DNA of 63,256 bases, counting the filler, from Sphacelaria rigidula (taxonomy: Eukaryota), in assembly GCA_964200075.2 (NCBI GenBank). It is 10 parts of 10 records of this genome, joined end to end, with 100 filler letters (N's around TTAATTAATTAA, not from the genome) between each part and the next. Parts side by side here need not be neighbours in the genome. Positions count along the whole stretch, not along the records: positions 19,009 to 25,244 come from CAXNAA020021321.1; positions 25,345 to 31,580 come from CAXNAA020021322.1; positions 31,681 to 37,916 come from CAXNAA020021323.1; 7 more parts are not named here. One strand, given 5' to 3'. A program made the position numbers and the translations under genes. How positions within the stretch are numbered: the first letter of the stretch is position 1; each line of letters begins with the position of its first letter. Positions 25,069 through 37,003 of the stretch are shown here, piece after piece. The notes beneath the pieces are model-generated. The model saw only the letters and a program-made list of their open reading frames with translations. It was not told where the DNA came from and searched no databases.

Positions 25069-26526
25069 CTCGCGAATATTTCTTATACTCGGTTTTTAAG
25101 TGTTGAGGATTGAGTGGGGGGAGAGAAAGAACGTGGCACTGGCACCGAACCGACGACCCTCCATGGACGGCCAACCACAGCGAGAAATGACACTTTCTAC
25201 GATAGCCCCCCCCAAAAAAGTGCATGGTTTCGGGAGGCAAAATCNNNNNNNNNNNNNNNNNNNNNNNNNNNNNNNNNNNNNNNNNNNNTTAATTAATTAA
25301 NNNNNNNNNNNNNNNNNNNNNNNNNNNNNNNNNNNNNNNNNNNNATTCATCACGAGTCAACTTACCATACTAAAAGCAAGTAATTTCCTGACGAATCATT
25401 ATTTGTCCTAACCGTGAATTATTCTAGGGAAAAGGCCATCAAATATTATATTTTGTCCGCCATGCAGGGGAGGGAGGGGGTGACGGTCCAGGATTTCTTT
25501 TTTGAACATACTGTACTACTGTATTCCTGTACAGAAGATTTTTTTTCGGTCCGCTAGGGGGCGGGTAGAGGTGGGGGTGGGGGGGTTAACGAAAAGACAT
25601 TCTTACTAAACGCCTAAACCTGATAGATTACGAATCAAGTGAAGGTGAGGGTATATCTATCGTCTCCGCGTCCATGCTCCAGTCCAGGGAAGGCCCACAC
25701 CAAAAATTGCCACCATCCGCTCAATTGATGGTTCGGGGTTTCAAATATAGATTTTGTAGTGTGGAGGCTATCTCCGCACTGTGTAGGAATTACTAGACAA
25801 CATGGCGTGTAATCAACGAGAAAAAAATGGCCCAGCTTGTTTAGCAGATGGGCACCTTCCCCTTGATTAGGCAATTAATAAGATATGCGGATCACGGCCC
25901 GACTCGCCTATCTAAGTCGTTGATTGAGATAATATCGCTTTGAGAGCTTAAACCCGTTTTGAGGCTGGCCCAGCTCGTAGAGGATTACGAATACCCAAAA
26001 TCCTCTACGGGGAATTTCAAAACGGACGGAACCGAGGATGACGTTTGGAAAAGCCTATTAATAAACAAGGTAGCCAAATGCGGCCGCGTGTGGTGCGGCC
26101 TAACCTACTCAGTACCCCCAGCACCCGCGGAGCACTGTCTTCCCAAAATATTAGGCATATTCCGGAGTATCTCCAGTATCGGCAGTCAAAAATACTCGTA
26201 CTCGTTCTCCCCTGTACAACAGACAAAGGGTGAGGCAGTACGGACTTTTGCTCCTATTGTAGAGTATTACAGTATACTAGTACGGACCTCTGGATGAGTT
26301 TCCTTTTGATGGTTGGAGTTTGCGATGACATCATCATCATTTAACCGCAGGTGGGAAATAAAATAAAAAAACAAGAAATTGGAAACGTTTCTACAACGCA
26401 ACGTCAACTGGCGCCCTGCGACCCTGGCAGTCTACAGTCTAGAGTGCAGCAGACGGAGGCACTTCATTGAGATACAGTGACGGCAACGACAAGCGTGCCA
26501 GACGATCTCCATTTCCGGCTGTTGCC

Positions 26527-26954
26527 ATGTCCTCAACATCAACTTATGGGTCGATAGATGGAGCAGAGGACCACCGCATGCTCTTTGCATTGGAGCAAGC
26601 CAGTACGGTGAGACCTTCGCCGCAAACGACAAGTGACAGATCATGGAACACTCCATTCTCAAGCAGGCACCATCACCAAGGTTCTGCCAAGTACAGCTGG
26701 TACTCCGCTCGCAGTGGCAGTAACAGCGATAGCCCTATTGACGCGGCCTGGCGGACGTGCAGATCGCGAGCCTGCCTGGGCGTCGCGCTGTTCGGCTTGT
26801 TTGTGCTGCTGGCGGTGGCCTTCTACTACATGGGTCAATTTTTAGCTGAAGAAACTGAGCAGGTGAAACCTGCGGCGATGTTGGGCTTGGAAGCAGTAGA
26901 GCGCCATGGGGCTGGTGATTTTGCAACATCAGTATCTGATCATGTAAGAGCACA
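26527..26954 (+). CDS. Probable first coding exon of a type II membrane protein
   Basis: GCCATG start, Ser-rich N-terminus, hydrophobic segment ACLGVALFGLFVLLAVAFYYM, GTAAGT donor at 26955 (phase 2). Confidence 0.7.
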
Positions 26955-28217
26955 GTAAGTCGATATGAGTGCTATATATGTGTGTGTGCAACAGTTTGCG
27001 CAGCGCTGGATGAAGTCGATTATGGTGCACGGGCAGTTACGAGTTGGCACCGTGCCCGGCTTGCTTCGTCGTGCGGTCGGTTTGTTGTCCTGGTTGCAAC
27101 CTTTTGGGAAATTTTATGTTTGTGGATATTTTCGTTTCAGGTTTGGTCTTCCACTGTTGTTGTTGCTGCTGTTATCGTTGTTGGTGTTGCTGTTGTGTTT
27201 CTGATGTTCGTCTTCGTAGTGGGATATATAGTGGTTGGAACCGTCTGTACTTCGTCTGCACTGTACTGCATGTTTGTGCTGTGCCGCAGTGTACTTACTG
27301 TATAACTGCTGTGCAGCGCACGTGTGGCACAGGCTGGCCACCCTCTCGTGCATTGTCACGCTTCATCGGCGCATACCCCGACCCTCTTCTCTCCCACTAT
27401 CATTATTCACCCTTCATCGGTGCATACGCTGACCCTGTTCTCTCCCATATATATGGTCAGTTGCGCAGTAGATTGAGTTGACATCTAATCTATTCTGGAC
27501 GGCAGGGTGCACCTTTCGGTCACACCGTGCAAATGAAATTACATCGCACAACAGACACGATATCGTATTACTGTATAGTGTGGAGAGGAGGAAATAAGAA
27601 ATAATGAAATCATGACGTGTTTCAAATTTCCTTTATAATACCCCATCATTCATATCAAGTCATAACAGGATTGCACCATGGTCCTCAGAGGCTTCCACAA
27701 ACCAAGAAACCTTCGCAATACAATATATCATGAGATTATGAGCGCATACAAAACGAGAAACCTGCCTGCAGTGGTCACGGTATTTTGGCGACGTGGTCTC
27801 TGGTGTACACAAGCTTGTTGGCACTATTTAGTTGGCGCGCCACTACGATATGTTATGTGTCGATGATATACTATTATAACGTACAACGTTTGGGCGTTTA
27901 ACAGTCAGTACAGATATTCGCATGTCTGAACGGGTATCGCGCACCCTTCTTTGGGAATGACAGCGACTTCAGCCTCTTGGAAGGAGCTACGACACTTCCT
28001 TCGCTGCCCTTGCACCGTGTCCGTTTTCCCTTTATTTCATCCCTGCAGTCGGTAGAATAAATGGGACGACAACACAACACACACAGTCAGTATACAGGAA
28101 GTTGTACAGTGCAGTCAGTTTACAGTAGTTCATGTAGAGCTGCATTTGCTGCGCTTCACGGCACCGACACGACGAGCGATCTTCCCCATCCACGCACGAT
28201 TACCGCATGCTCCATAG

Positions 28218-28362
28218 AGTTTATGGGTCACTTTCGACCAACTCTTCCACCGGCAAAGGAATCATCTGGAACGGCATCGTTTTCACCCGGAAAATGAGGG
28301 ATCCCTGGGTACTGGCCGCACTGGTCGCGGCAGATTTCGACTCTAAAGATGCGAAATTGTCG
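28218..28362 (+). CDS. Probable second exon (VYGSLSTNSSTGKGIIWNGIVFTRKMRDPWVLAALVAADFDSKDAKLS)
   Basis: CCATAG acceptor in phase 2 matching the previous donor; its own donor is weak (GTGCTT). Confidence 0.45.
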
Positions 28363-28550
28363 GTGCTTCACCCTTGTACCCTTCTGTATTTTGTCGAAGC
28401 CAGCATACGCCACACAGAGATCTCGACATGATCCACATGACATATATTCATTGTGTTCTCCATATCCCTGTCTCACCGCAGCTACATCCAATAATATGTC
28501 AGGGTGCGCTCACTATTGCAAGGGATATGTTGGCCCGTGCAATGCGCGGG

Positions 28551-28845
28551 TTGTGTGTTGCCAACCCATCTAATCGGAGCGCCAGTCTACACCATTCGGT
28601 ATCCTACATATATCCCGGCGTATCAGCAGGGGTCACGCAGGAGGAAGGCCAGGACATGATTGTTTCTTTTTATGTTCCACGTCTCCTCAGCACTCCACCT
28701 TCCTTCTGCGGTGCTTGCCTAGCTTTTTATCGCGTGAAGGGCTCAGCGGTTCCTTTTCCACATTGAGCGTCAGGTCGAATTTTTGTACCTACGATATGGT
28801 CGCTATCCACTGTTGTTGGGTATGGCGTGGGAAGAAGTCATACAG
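28551..28845 (-). mobile_element. SINE family 1, 5'-truncated
   Basis: Tail and body collinear with 15090-15452. Confidence 0.8.
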
Positions 28846-29029
28846 TGTCTTTTGTTCCGAGTGGTTGAGTGATTCCATGCTAGGGCTGCATTTTTTTCCC
28901 GAAGATATGCACTGTCGGCGCATCCGAATGAAGTATACAATAAACAGTCTTCAGAATTCCTCACCTCCTGCCAACCCTCATGATCCTGGTACAATGTGCA
29001 TGTTCACAAGTCCGTATGTTGACTGTTGA

Positions 29030-29402
29030 CTAGCAGCTAGACGAAGTACTCAGATTTATGATTGATCTTTATGACCCGTTTGATTCGTACATACGTGTCT
29101 TATGATGATCTCGATGACCCGTGTGATTCGTACATATCTGTCTGAAGATGATCTGTATGACCCGAGTATCCGTTCAAAGCTACCACGAGTTATTTGTATG
29201 ATCTATTAATCCGTACATCACCTCCTTGGGCATACCCATGTGATCCGAATCAAGGTACACGAACGTCGAGAAGAACCTGTGTATCCTTATAAGCCGTACA
29301 AGATACCTCCCTCCTGATCGATGACATCCGGATCACGAGGACAGTTCCATAATTAGTTGTATGACCTGCGTCCTATAAAAAGTGACCCGTCCGACGTGTG
29401 AA
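29030..29402. repeat. TGATC/TGACC-rich interspersed repeat, related copy at 12673-12835
   Basis: Shared ATCCGAATCA(A)GGTACAC and GTCCGACGTGTG motifs. Confidence 0.55.
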
Positions 29403-29411
29403 ACATTTCAC

Positions 29412-29843
29412 TGTCACGTGTAACACCTAATGTAACGTTCATTGACACGTGTGACGTTCGAATTTAACGTTTCATTCTGTGCATGTCACAGCTCATTTAC
29501 CAGTGTTTAAGGAGTTGTAACGTGTCATGTAACACGTGACGTTTCAGTGTCCGGGCCCGTCGTATGTTTGAGCGTAGGCGCATTATCTGATTGTGTAACG
29601 TTACTGTCTCTGAAGTTTGTCGTTCATTTGTTTTTGACTATTATGTTTCCCGATATTTTCTCTTCTTTCCATCTTGTTTTCAATTTTTAATTTTCGAATG
29701 CTTGGTCATTCGCACGACAGCACATACTGTACACACAAGAGATCGTGAACATGATTGGCCGCAGCGGCGATTAGGCGTTACACGTACATTACACGTTACG
29801 CGTTACATTAAACGTTTCATATTACGTTACATGTTACGTGACA
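29412..29843. mobile_element. Degenerate MITE with GTAAC/GTTAC subterminal motif clusters
   Basis: GTCACGTGTAACA at the left end, TGTTACGTGAC at the right end; motifs oriented oppositely in the two arms. Confidence 0.5.
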
Positions 29844-30318
29844 CTTCTGGAATGATCCCCTGGCATATATATTCGTAGGGCTACTGATGTGAGTGTCGAT
29901 CAGCAGGAATCTTCGTGGGTGTGTTCGTGGGGCAGAGTGTCTCTCGCTGTAGCATGATACTGGGTATTCCGCCGCCTCATACTGGCAGGTTCTAGCGATA
30001 CTGAGTATCTTTGTCGTCTCATACGGGTGGATACTGGCCGTGCCCAGTATATGGGTACGGGTGATACTGTACTGGATACTGGCGCCGTACGGGACACGGG
30101 GAGCATATTTGCAATGCTCATATTTCGTATCGAAAGCATGTTGAGAACAGAGAGACGACCTGCCTCCGGACGTGAGACAACACAGTACAGTGTAGGGCTT
30201 GTATGTCGGTACCCAAACTGTCACATCGGTACGGTGCATGCAGGATGTCTGATATCCTATATAGTGCTGCAATGCCTGTGACGCGGGCATGTACGCGGCA
30301 ACGGCCTTTTTATGTAGC

Positions 30319-30387
30319 ATGACTGTTTTTAGTGGAGACACATATTAGTTATTATAATTACAATGTGTCTCCACTAAAAACAGTCAT
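30319..30387. repeat. Perfect 25-bp inverted repeat with 19-nt AT-rich loop
   Basis: ATGACTGTTTTTAGTGGAGACACAT / ATGTGTCTCCACTAAAAACAGTCAT. Confidence 0.95.
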
Positions 30388-30413
30388 TTCGAACCTCCCG
30401 CTGAAAAGATGGG

Positions 30414-30510
30414 TGTACTCATGATCTTGCATGCCGTAGCCATAATATGACCATTGGCCTCGCATCCCTACAAAGCCGGGAAGGAGCACACCGGGTTTTC
30501 CCCAGACCAT
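30414..30510 (-). mobile_element. Family A, 5'-truncated, with ~14-bp TSD
   Basis: Flanked by GCTGAAAAGATGGG (30400-30413) and GCTGAAAACAGGGG (30511-30524). Confidence 0.88.
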
Positions 30511-30668
30511 GCTGAAAACAGGGGGGGGGGGGACGGCCTGCAACCTCATGGAGGCTAGGGGGGCTTGATAGTTTTTATTGTTGCATATCTTTCCCAACAT
30601 GTTTCTTTTCCGGGCCTATCAGTCATTATATCGCCGTATCTTACGTCCCGTTTCTTCTTTCATCCTTA

Positions 30669-31131
30669 CACCGACTCTAATGGAAGCCGTTCAAAATTCC
30701 TGTGTAAAACTGCCTTTTTGGCTCCTCTCGGTCGTTTTTCGCCTGAAAAGAGGGCTAGGCGGATATTGGCGCCTCGGAATGGCTTGCTCTGCTAATTGAG
30801 CCCGTTTCAGGGAAACTTTGCATTTCCCGCTGGCCGCACTTTCATTTTTGGCCGAACACGGATTTTCAGTGAAAACGGTCAAGCGATCAAAATACTGGGA
30901 GAAATTTTGACTACCTGATCGTTTTTTACCGAAAATTCGTGTTCGGGCTGATTTGGTCAAAAACAAAAATGCGGCCAGCGAGAAATGCAGAGTTGCGGTC
31001 TCAACGAGTAGAGCAAGTCATTCCAAGGCGTCAATACCCGCCTAGCCCTCTTCTCGAGCGTAAACCCACGGAGAAGGATCCAAAAGGCAGTTTTCAACAG
31101 GAATTCTGAATGGCTCCCATTAGAGTTGGCC
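30669..31131. mobile_element. Palindromic PIF/Harbinger (Tourist)-like MITE
   Basis: Arms are reverse complements over ~200 bp (CCGACTCTAATGGAAGCCGTTCAAAATTCC / GGAATTCTGAATGGCTCCCATTAGAGTTGG); TTA on both flanks; GGCC terminus on the right. Confidence 0.8.
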
Positions 31132-31689
31132 TTACTCCGCAAGATTCACACCCGACATGGATTTCGCAGCTGAGTCGTCGAGGTCAGTTTACCACTTGGT
31201 AGGGGTGGAATTTTTCTCCGAAATTTATGATTTTGAGTAACACTAGAATAAAAAATAGCAAACGAAGGGTGATACGTGACCACAAAATACAAAGTACACT
31301 TTGGCTTGCAATTCAACTGCATGCTTGCTTGTGGGTCCGGACGTGAATCATTTTGCGCTCTCATCCCCGCCTGCTGCCTTGGCTTGTTTGCATCTTCCTC
31401 CCCTCACGGAGAGTCTGCTGCTGCATATTACAGATTGATGGTTTTAGAATCGCTCATCGCTTTGTATGGGATTTGAATGTCATCCGAGGGTACCCAAAAA
31501 AAACAATCCGAGACCCTATACCCCTTTTTTTTAATCCTGGAGTTTTTCCGGGGGGGGGAAAGGGGGGGGGGGGGGGTGTANNNNNNNNNNNNNNNNNNNN
31601 NNNNNNNNNNNNNNNNNNNNNNNNTTAATTAATTAANNNNNNNNNNNNNNNNNNNNNNNNNNNNNNNNNNNNNNNNNNNNGCCCTACTC

Positions 31690-31960
31690 AGACGTCAGTT
31701 GACCTCGCATCCACCCCTACGAAGCCAGGATGGAGCACGTCGGCTTTTCGCCGGACCAGGCTCGCAGTCAATCACCAAGCGCGGAGCGCCGTCATGTGTT
31801 CGGCGAGTCGCATGAAGGGTAACCTGCATCCCGCTAAGACTGTTCAGCCCTGTAGCGTACTGATTATTTCGCATATGGATGACAACCTCAAATGAAATGC
31901 TTCATTTTCTGGCATTGCCACCTCGAGAGACAGCCACGGCTTATACACTGTCTCATGGGT
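31690..31960 (-). mobile_element. Family A fragment at contig start
   Basis: Collinear with 13767-14293; G-run on the 5' side. Confidence 0.88.
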
Positions 31961-32099
31961 GTTTTACGGGGGGGAGGGGGAAGCCCGTAGGCAGCCACAA
32001 CACGCGACGCGCCCAACACCCCTCATCCCTAAGCTACGTACTGCACGAGGTATAGTGCATGATATATCTTTTCCTGGCCACTATCCAAGAACCACAAAC

Positions 32100-32441
32100 C
32101 TGAGAGAGGGTACGGGCAGCTCATTGACCCACTCCGTCATGACCTTAAACATCGCCTCCACCATCTCTGGCTGAGCATCAGGCCCACCTCCCCCCCGCGC
32201 CCCAGCAGCTCCCCACCCGCCGCTGCCGCCTCCCGCAACGACGACCACGACGTCAGACTTGGGTGTCGCCCCCGGGGATACAGCAGCGGCCGCAGCATTG
32301 GCCGCGGCAGCGGCTGCTGCCGCTCCGGAGGCGGCAGCGTATAGGCCCTGGTTTGCCCAATCACACGCTCGCAAGCTGAGGTCGGGCACCACGGCGGTTT
32401 CACCCGACCTATTGGGGTCCCCCGATGCCTCCGCGGAGTGC
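32100..32441 (-). CDS. Transportin-3/importin-13-like karyopherin, exon 5 of 5 visible
   Basis: AACAG acceptor, AG|GTTTGT donor, phase 2-2; QPEMVEAMFKVMTEWVNELP resembles a transportin-3 HEAT helix. Confidence 0.75.
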
Positions 32442-32576
32442 CTGTTGCGCGCGTTGACGTACAGCACATTTTATTGTCGTTCATTGCTTTTGATGTTGTT
32501 GGCATCGTGGGGGAATGGGCTGGGTAGGGTAGACAAGAGTATGAACGTACCGTCGTTTATTTGGCCCGACTCGCAC

Positions 32577-32881
32577 CTGCTAAACGTCGCCAGCTCCTTC
32601 GTGACGCACCGCAACGTCTCCAAGAACCTCACGGAAGGCCGGCGCAAAAATGCCTCCGCGAGGGCGTCCCCTAAATCAACCGCGAGCTTCAGTCCCTCCG
32701 CGTTATCGTTGCCCCGAAATATCCGGCCTGCGGCATCACCACTACTATCAACATGGCCGTTGGGTGTCGGTGTTACCAAAGGCGGGTGGTATCCACCGTG
32801 ATGAATATCGCTAGCCATGGGTAGACCTGACCTGCTCCCTTCCGCATGCCGCAATCGCTGTGCTATAGACCACGTGAGCGC
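32577..32881 (-). CDS. Karyopherin exon 4 (ALTWSIAQRL...LAEAFLRRPSVRFLETLRCVTKELATFS)
   Basis: CTGCAG acceptor, AG|GTGCGA donor, phase 0-2, followed by a 135-nt intron. Confidence 0.75.
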
Positions 32882-33258
32882 CTGCAGAACAAGAGCGACC
32901 GGAAGCGGTTATCATTATATATTACTATTTTTTCCGCACAGCAGTTGTGAGAGTTCTTTTCATCGTGTCTTCTGAGACTCCATAAATAAAAAAAAAACAC
33001 AAACAAACAAACAAAACAATACGTACGAAATAACATGAAGAAACGGCGCCGAGGTAACAGATAAGAAATCGCTTCCCCCCAGTTCATCGGGGGGAGAAAA
33101 AAAAAAAAAGCTCCATGCTAAACGAACGAAGCTGACATGAGTACAGCTCGGGAGGCCGTCATTTGGCCTAATGCCGCGAAAACACCCCCCCCGCGCGCGC
33201 GCCGGGGTGCTTACTTCACCCCAACCACCTTTGATGTTCGGGGAAGGAAGGTTCTTTT

Positions 33259-33400
33259 GATTGATTGATTGATTGTCGCACTTTAACTGACCCCCCAGGG
33301 GTCCAGCCGTGGTCCCATGATAGAGGTACCCAAGAAAAACGAAACTGAAGCACGCTCTGAGGAAAAAAAAGAAAAGAGAAAAAAAATGGGGAGGGGGGGG
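33259..33400 (-). mobile_element. (TCAA)n-tailed retroposon 3' end; other copies at 48515-48585(-), 53118-53182(-), 53968-54150(-), 58440-58600(+), ~12290-12395(+)
   Basis: T-rich body, then ACCACGGCTGGACCCCTGGGGGGTCAGTTAAAGTGCGACAA(TCAA)n. Confidence 0.82.
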
Positions 33401-34054
33401 ATCGAACAGAACGAACAAGTGACACAACACAGTATAGTGCGCGCAACCCCGCATACGAGCGTGTTTTTTGTGTGTCAAAAAGATAGCATCACCATCCCGT
33501 CGGCGGACTCATAATTGTCAGTCTTACCGGATTATCGCTTGGGCATGTTAGAATTACGGAACGTAAACGCAGCGCAGTCAGTATACACACACATAACTAA
33601 AATATATATATATATATATTTAAATAAAAAAATGAAAAATTAAATTAAAGGTTGATTGAGGATGGATGGTTGGATGGTTGGATTGTATTTTTTTTTGTAT
33701 TTTTTGGACAGAGGGGAAGACAATATAATGAACTACTGTATCGACTTTTAATTGATGAATTAATTTGAACGTGTTTCGGGGGGTGTTGCTTGGGAGTGGT
33801 TGGGGTTGGATTATTAATTTGTGGAAAAAAAAAAACTAAACATTGATAGTTCAGATTGTTCATTTTCAGACGGACTCTGTTTTATATAATCAAGAGATGA
33901 TTGAATTTGTTTGGGAGTTGTTGGGGGTGAACTATTTGTTGTTGGAAAAAGGGAAGACAATAACAGACACTATATATAAATAAGTGAAGAAAATGAAACA
34001 AAACAAAATAAAAGGGAACGTGAGGAAAATAAGGACGTACAACAAAATAATTAC

Positions 34055-34329
34055 CTCGAACACTTGACAGAGACCAGACAAGAGCCTCTCCTCCTCTTCC
34101 CCACAAGCGCCGACCATCTCCACCAGCAATCCTCGCCCCCCTGCCCCAGGCGCGCCGGGGCCGGCTGCACCACAAAACCCAGCCACAAGATTCGGTGCGC
34201 CCAAAGCGGGACTCGACTTTCGGAGGATGAGCGACATGTTGGACAGCGCATCCGAGGCGATCCCCCCCAAAACCCGATTTTGGTTCTGTAGTGCATCATG
34301 TGCTGCTGGTGCGATAGCTGCGATGCTCG
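34055..34329 (-). CDS. Karyopherin exon 3 (SIAAIAPAAHDALQ...LLSGLCQVFE)
   Basis: TACAG acceptor, GAG|GTAATT donor, phase 1-0. Confidence 0.75.
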
Positions 34330-34416
34330 CTGTATTTGGGAAGGCCAGAGCGGGGTCGAACGTTGGGAAAGGTTGGGGTGGGGGAGAGGGGAGGAGGGGG
34401 AGAGGGGAGGAGGGGG

Positions 34417-34596
34417 TTGCCCACACTGATGATCCCGCATGCTGTAGTCATATAATCATTGATCTCGCATCCCTACAAAGCCGGGATGGAGCACGCTGGG
34501 TGTTCGCCGGACCAGGCTCGCAATCAATCACCAAGCGCGAAGCGCCGTGGTGTGGTCGGCGAGTTGCATGAGAGGTGAGCTACATCCTACTAAGAT
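34417..34596 (-). mobile_element. Family A, 5'-truncated, abutting a G-rich tract
   Basis: Collinear with the family 3' region. Confidence 0.85.
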
Positions 34597-34996
34597 CGCC
34601 ATCGTTTCTCTTCGTTTCTTTTTTCCTGGTTACTTCATCTGCTTGGATTGTGCGATGTATGTACAGTACTGTCAAGTATCTTTCACCGAGTGTCCTCATA
34701 AGTCCACCTAGGGTAGGTACATCTATGTGACCACGGCGGGGTTCGCGGCAGTTCAATTCATCAAGACCATCAAACAAACACACCACACCATGGATAATGA
34801 CTATAGATGAACCTGTCGAAATGTGCACTGTGTACAGTATGGAATCTTCTTGTATATTGCAGTGGACGCAACGATGTATGTCGTGACAACAACAAAATAT
34901 ATCGTTAATATCCAGGGTGTGAGAAAAAAAAGCACACACACACACACGCAAGCTATTCCGGTGTCAGTCAAGCATCCAAAACTATGCCGTCCTCAC

Positions 34997-35681
34997 CCAA
35001 CTCTCGTCGCCGATCCAACACCCCTCCCAAACTCCTCGCCTCCCCCTCCACCAACCGCCGCAACACCTCGCCCACCTCCGCGCCGACACCAGAACCGTTC
35101 TGCATATTCCTAGGGTTCTCCAGAACAATTCCACCGGTCGCCATCGTCGTCCCTTTTACTCCATGCTCACCACCACCACCACCACCGACCCCTGCTCCCA
35201 CGCCCGATCCACCGGTTTCTTGGGGACCCCCCGAGGCCTGAGGATGTTCCTCGCCGAGCATCTTCACCAAGCATCCAAGGAACAGCGTGAGACTGCTTGC
35301 GTGCAAGGGTGGGGAGTTACCACCCCCACCAAACGAGTTATCAGTGCTATCCGTCCACCTCGCCCCCACTGGATCACACGATCCATCGCCGCTAACCCTC
35401 CTACTGTGACCCCCGTTTATCCCCGCCGTCGCAGAGTGGTGATGGTAAGCGGCGCGGCTGCCGCCAGCTCCCGCGGCGCCCGCGATTCCCACTGTACCCC
35501 CGCCGCTTCCTTGCATCGACTGGCTTGCGACGGCGGGGGGATACTCCAATTGCAGTCTGTGCTGCTGGAGGCTCTGAGAGAGCTGGAGATATCGCTGGAG
35601 AAGGTGGGTGGGCGGGGGGGGCACGGCCACAAGGGACGCCCCGGCTGCTGACGCGAGCTTCGACAAGGATACCGCTCCGAC
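34997..35681 (-). CDS. Karyopherin exon 2 (VGAVSLSKLASAAG...VLDRRREL) with Gly/Ser-rich insertions
   Basis: TCCAG acceptor, G|GTGAGG donor, 685 nt open, phase 0-1. Confidence 0.78.
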
Positions 35682-36494
35682 CTGGATATATTTGTTGTTT
35701 TCCATTCGTTTTTCGTTTGCTTGTTTTAATCCTTTTAGACAGCGAGAGCGGGTCATCTGTTCAGTCGGCATCCATTTCACTTATTTCACTTGAAAAAAGA
35801 GTGCATGATCCAGGTCGACGGACTGCCCTCGCGAGTCAACGGTTAATATTCATGTGATAGGATATCGTAGTGCGGGCGGTCATCATCACCCCGTGATTGG
35901 TCGTTTTAAGGCAGGTAATATTTGGTTGCGCTCATGTAATTAACCCTTCAACCGCCAGCGTAGATCATCTGTTGAATCGGCAATAATTTAACTCTGAAAA
36001 TGAATGCATGGTTCACATGACCTACCCTCGCAGTCAAGGGATTCATCTCACTCGGTCGAGTCATAACACAAATGAAAGCCAATGCAGAAGCTTTCACAAG
36101 AGTTGGAAGGAGCAGTAACACGACCAGGGGTTCGAAAATTTATCAGAAGTCGGAACAACAACAGGGAAAAAAATTGAAAAACAGGAAGTCTACGGAAGGA
36201 GACCACAAACAACGAAGAAATCTACAAATAAAATAAATGGGACCACGTATCGTACACATACCACGATAGGGGGGATGGGGAATTCCCCAACGAAATTCCA
36301 CTTCAAATCGTTGTTGAAAGCAGCGACGGTTGCTCGAATGCGCTTGTTACGGATGAACAACGCTCATTAATACTGCTTGACATAGTTTTTACACCAATAC
36401 AGCCGAACTGCGAGTGTGTTGCATTGTCTGAAAAACGACCAAGTCTTTTTTTGCGGAATCATACACTCCCCCCCCAAACCCCCCCGTACGAACG

Positions 36495-36720
36495 TAATGA
36501 CCTACGGAAGAAACGTTATGAGCGCCGGAATGTTGGAGGTGTCTCTATTTGGAGTAGGAACGGTGCTCCGTCCCGAAAGGGATGCGTGGTCAATGGTCAC
36601 ACGACTAAGGCAAGCAAAATATGAGTACACCCCCCCCCCTGCCCCTCCCCCACCGCCAGAGAGATGCGAGGTTAGTGGGCTCATGACTACGGGATGCGAG
36701 ATCATGAGTAGACCCCCCCT
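36495..36720 (+). mobile_element. Family B (RTEX-like LINE) 3' end followed by a short family A tail
   Basis: LRKKRYERRNVGGVSIWSRNGAPSRKGCVVNG matches the C-terminus of the LINE at 61111-63020; both pieces end ATGAGTA plus a C-run. Confidence 0.88.
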
Positions 36721-36764
36721 AATGTAGCATCACTCAACGATGAAAATAAAAGACGACGACGTAC

Positions 36765-37003
36765 ATGATTTCCTCCCTTCTCCCGCATAGACACTTCCGC
36801 CTTCGAAGCGGCTTCCTCGTCCAGCTCGAGAGCGCCCAGCGCCGCGTTGAGGGCGGGCTCCAAGCACCCAGGCCGCCGTGCTAACCACGGCGCCAATCCC
36901 CCCACCAACACCGCCACCGATATCTGCAACTCCCTCGCGCGGGAGGGCAACGCCGGTAGGGCATGCACGATCGCCTCCAAGGCACTGTTTCCTCCGCTTG
37001 ATT
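36765..37003 (-). CDS. Karyopherin exon 1 visible (ALEAIVHALPALP...LVGGLAPWLARRPGCLEPALNAALGAL...GGNH); acceptor uncertain
   Basis: HEAT pattern typical of transportin-3/importin-13 (LIG...WL..HP..L...L); CAT|GTACGT donor, phase 0. Confidence 0.78.
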
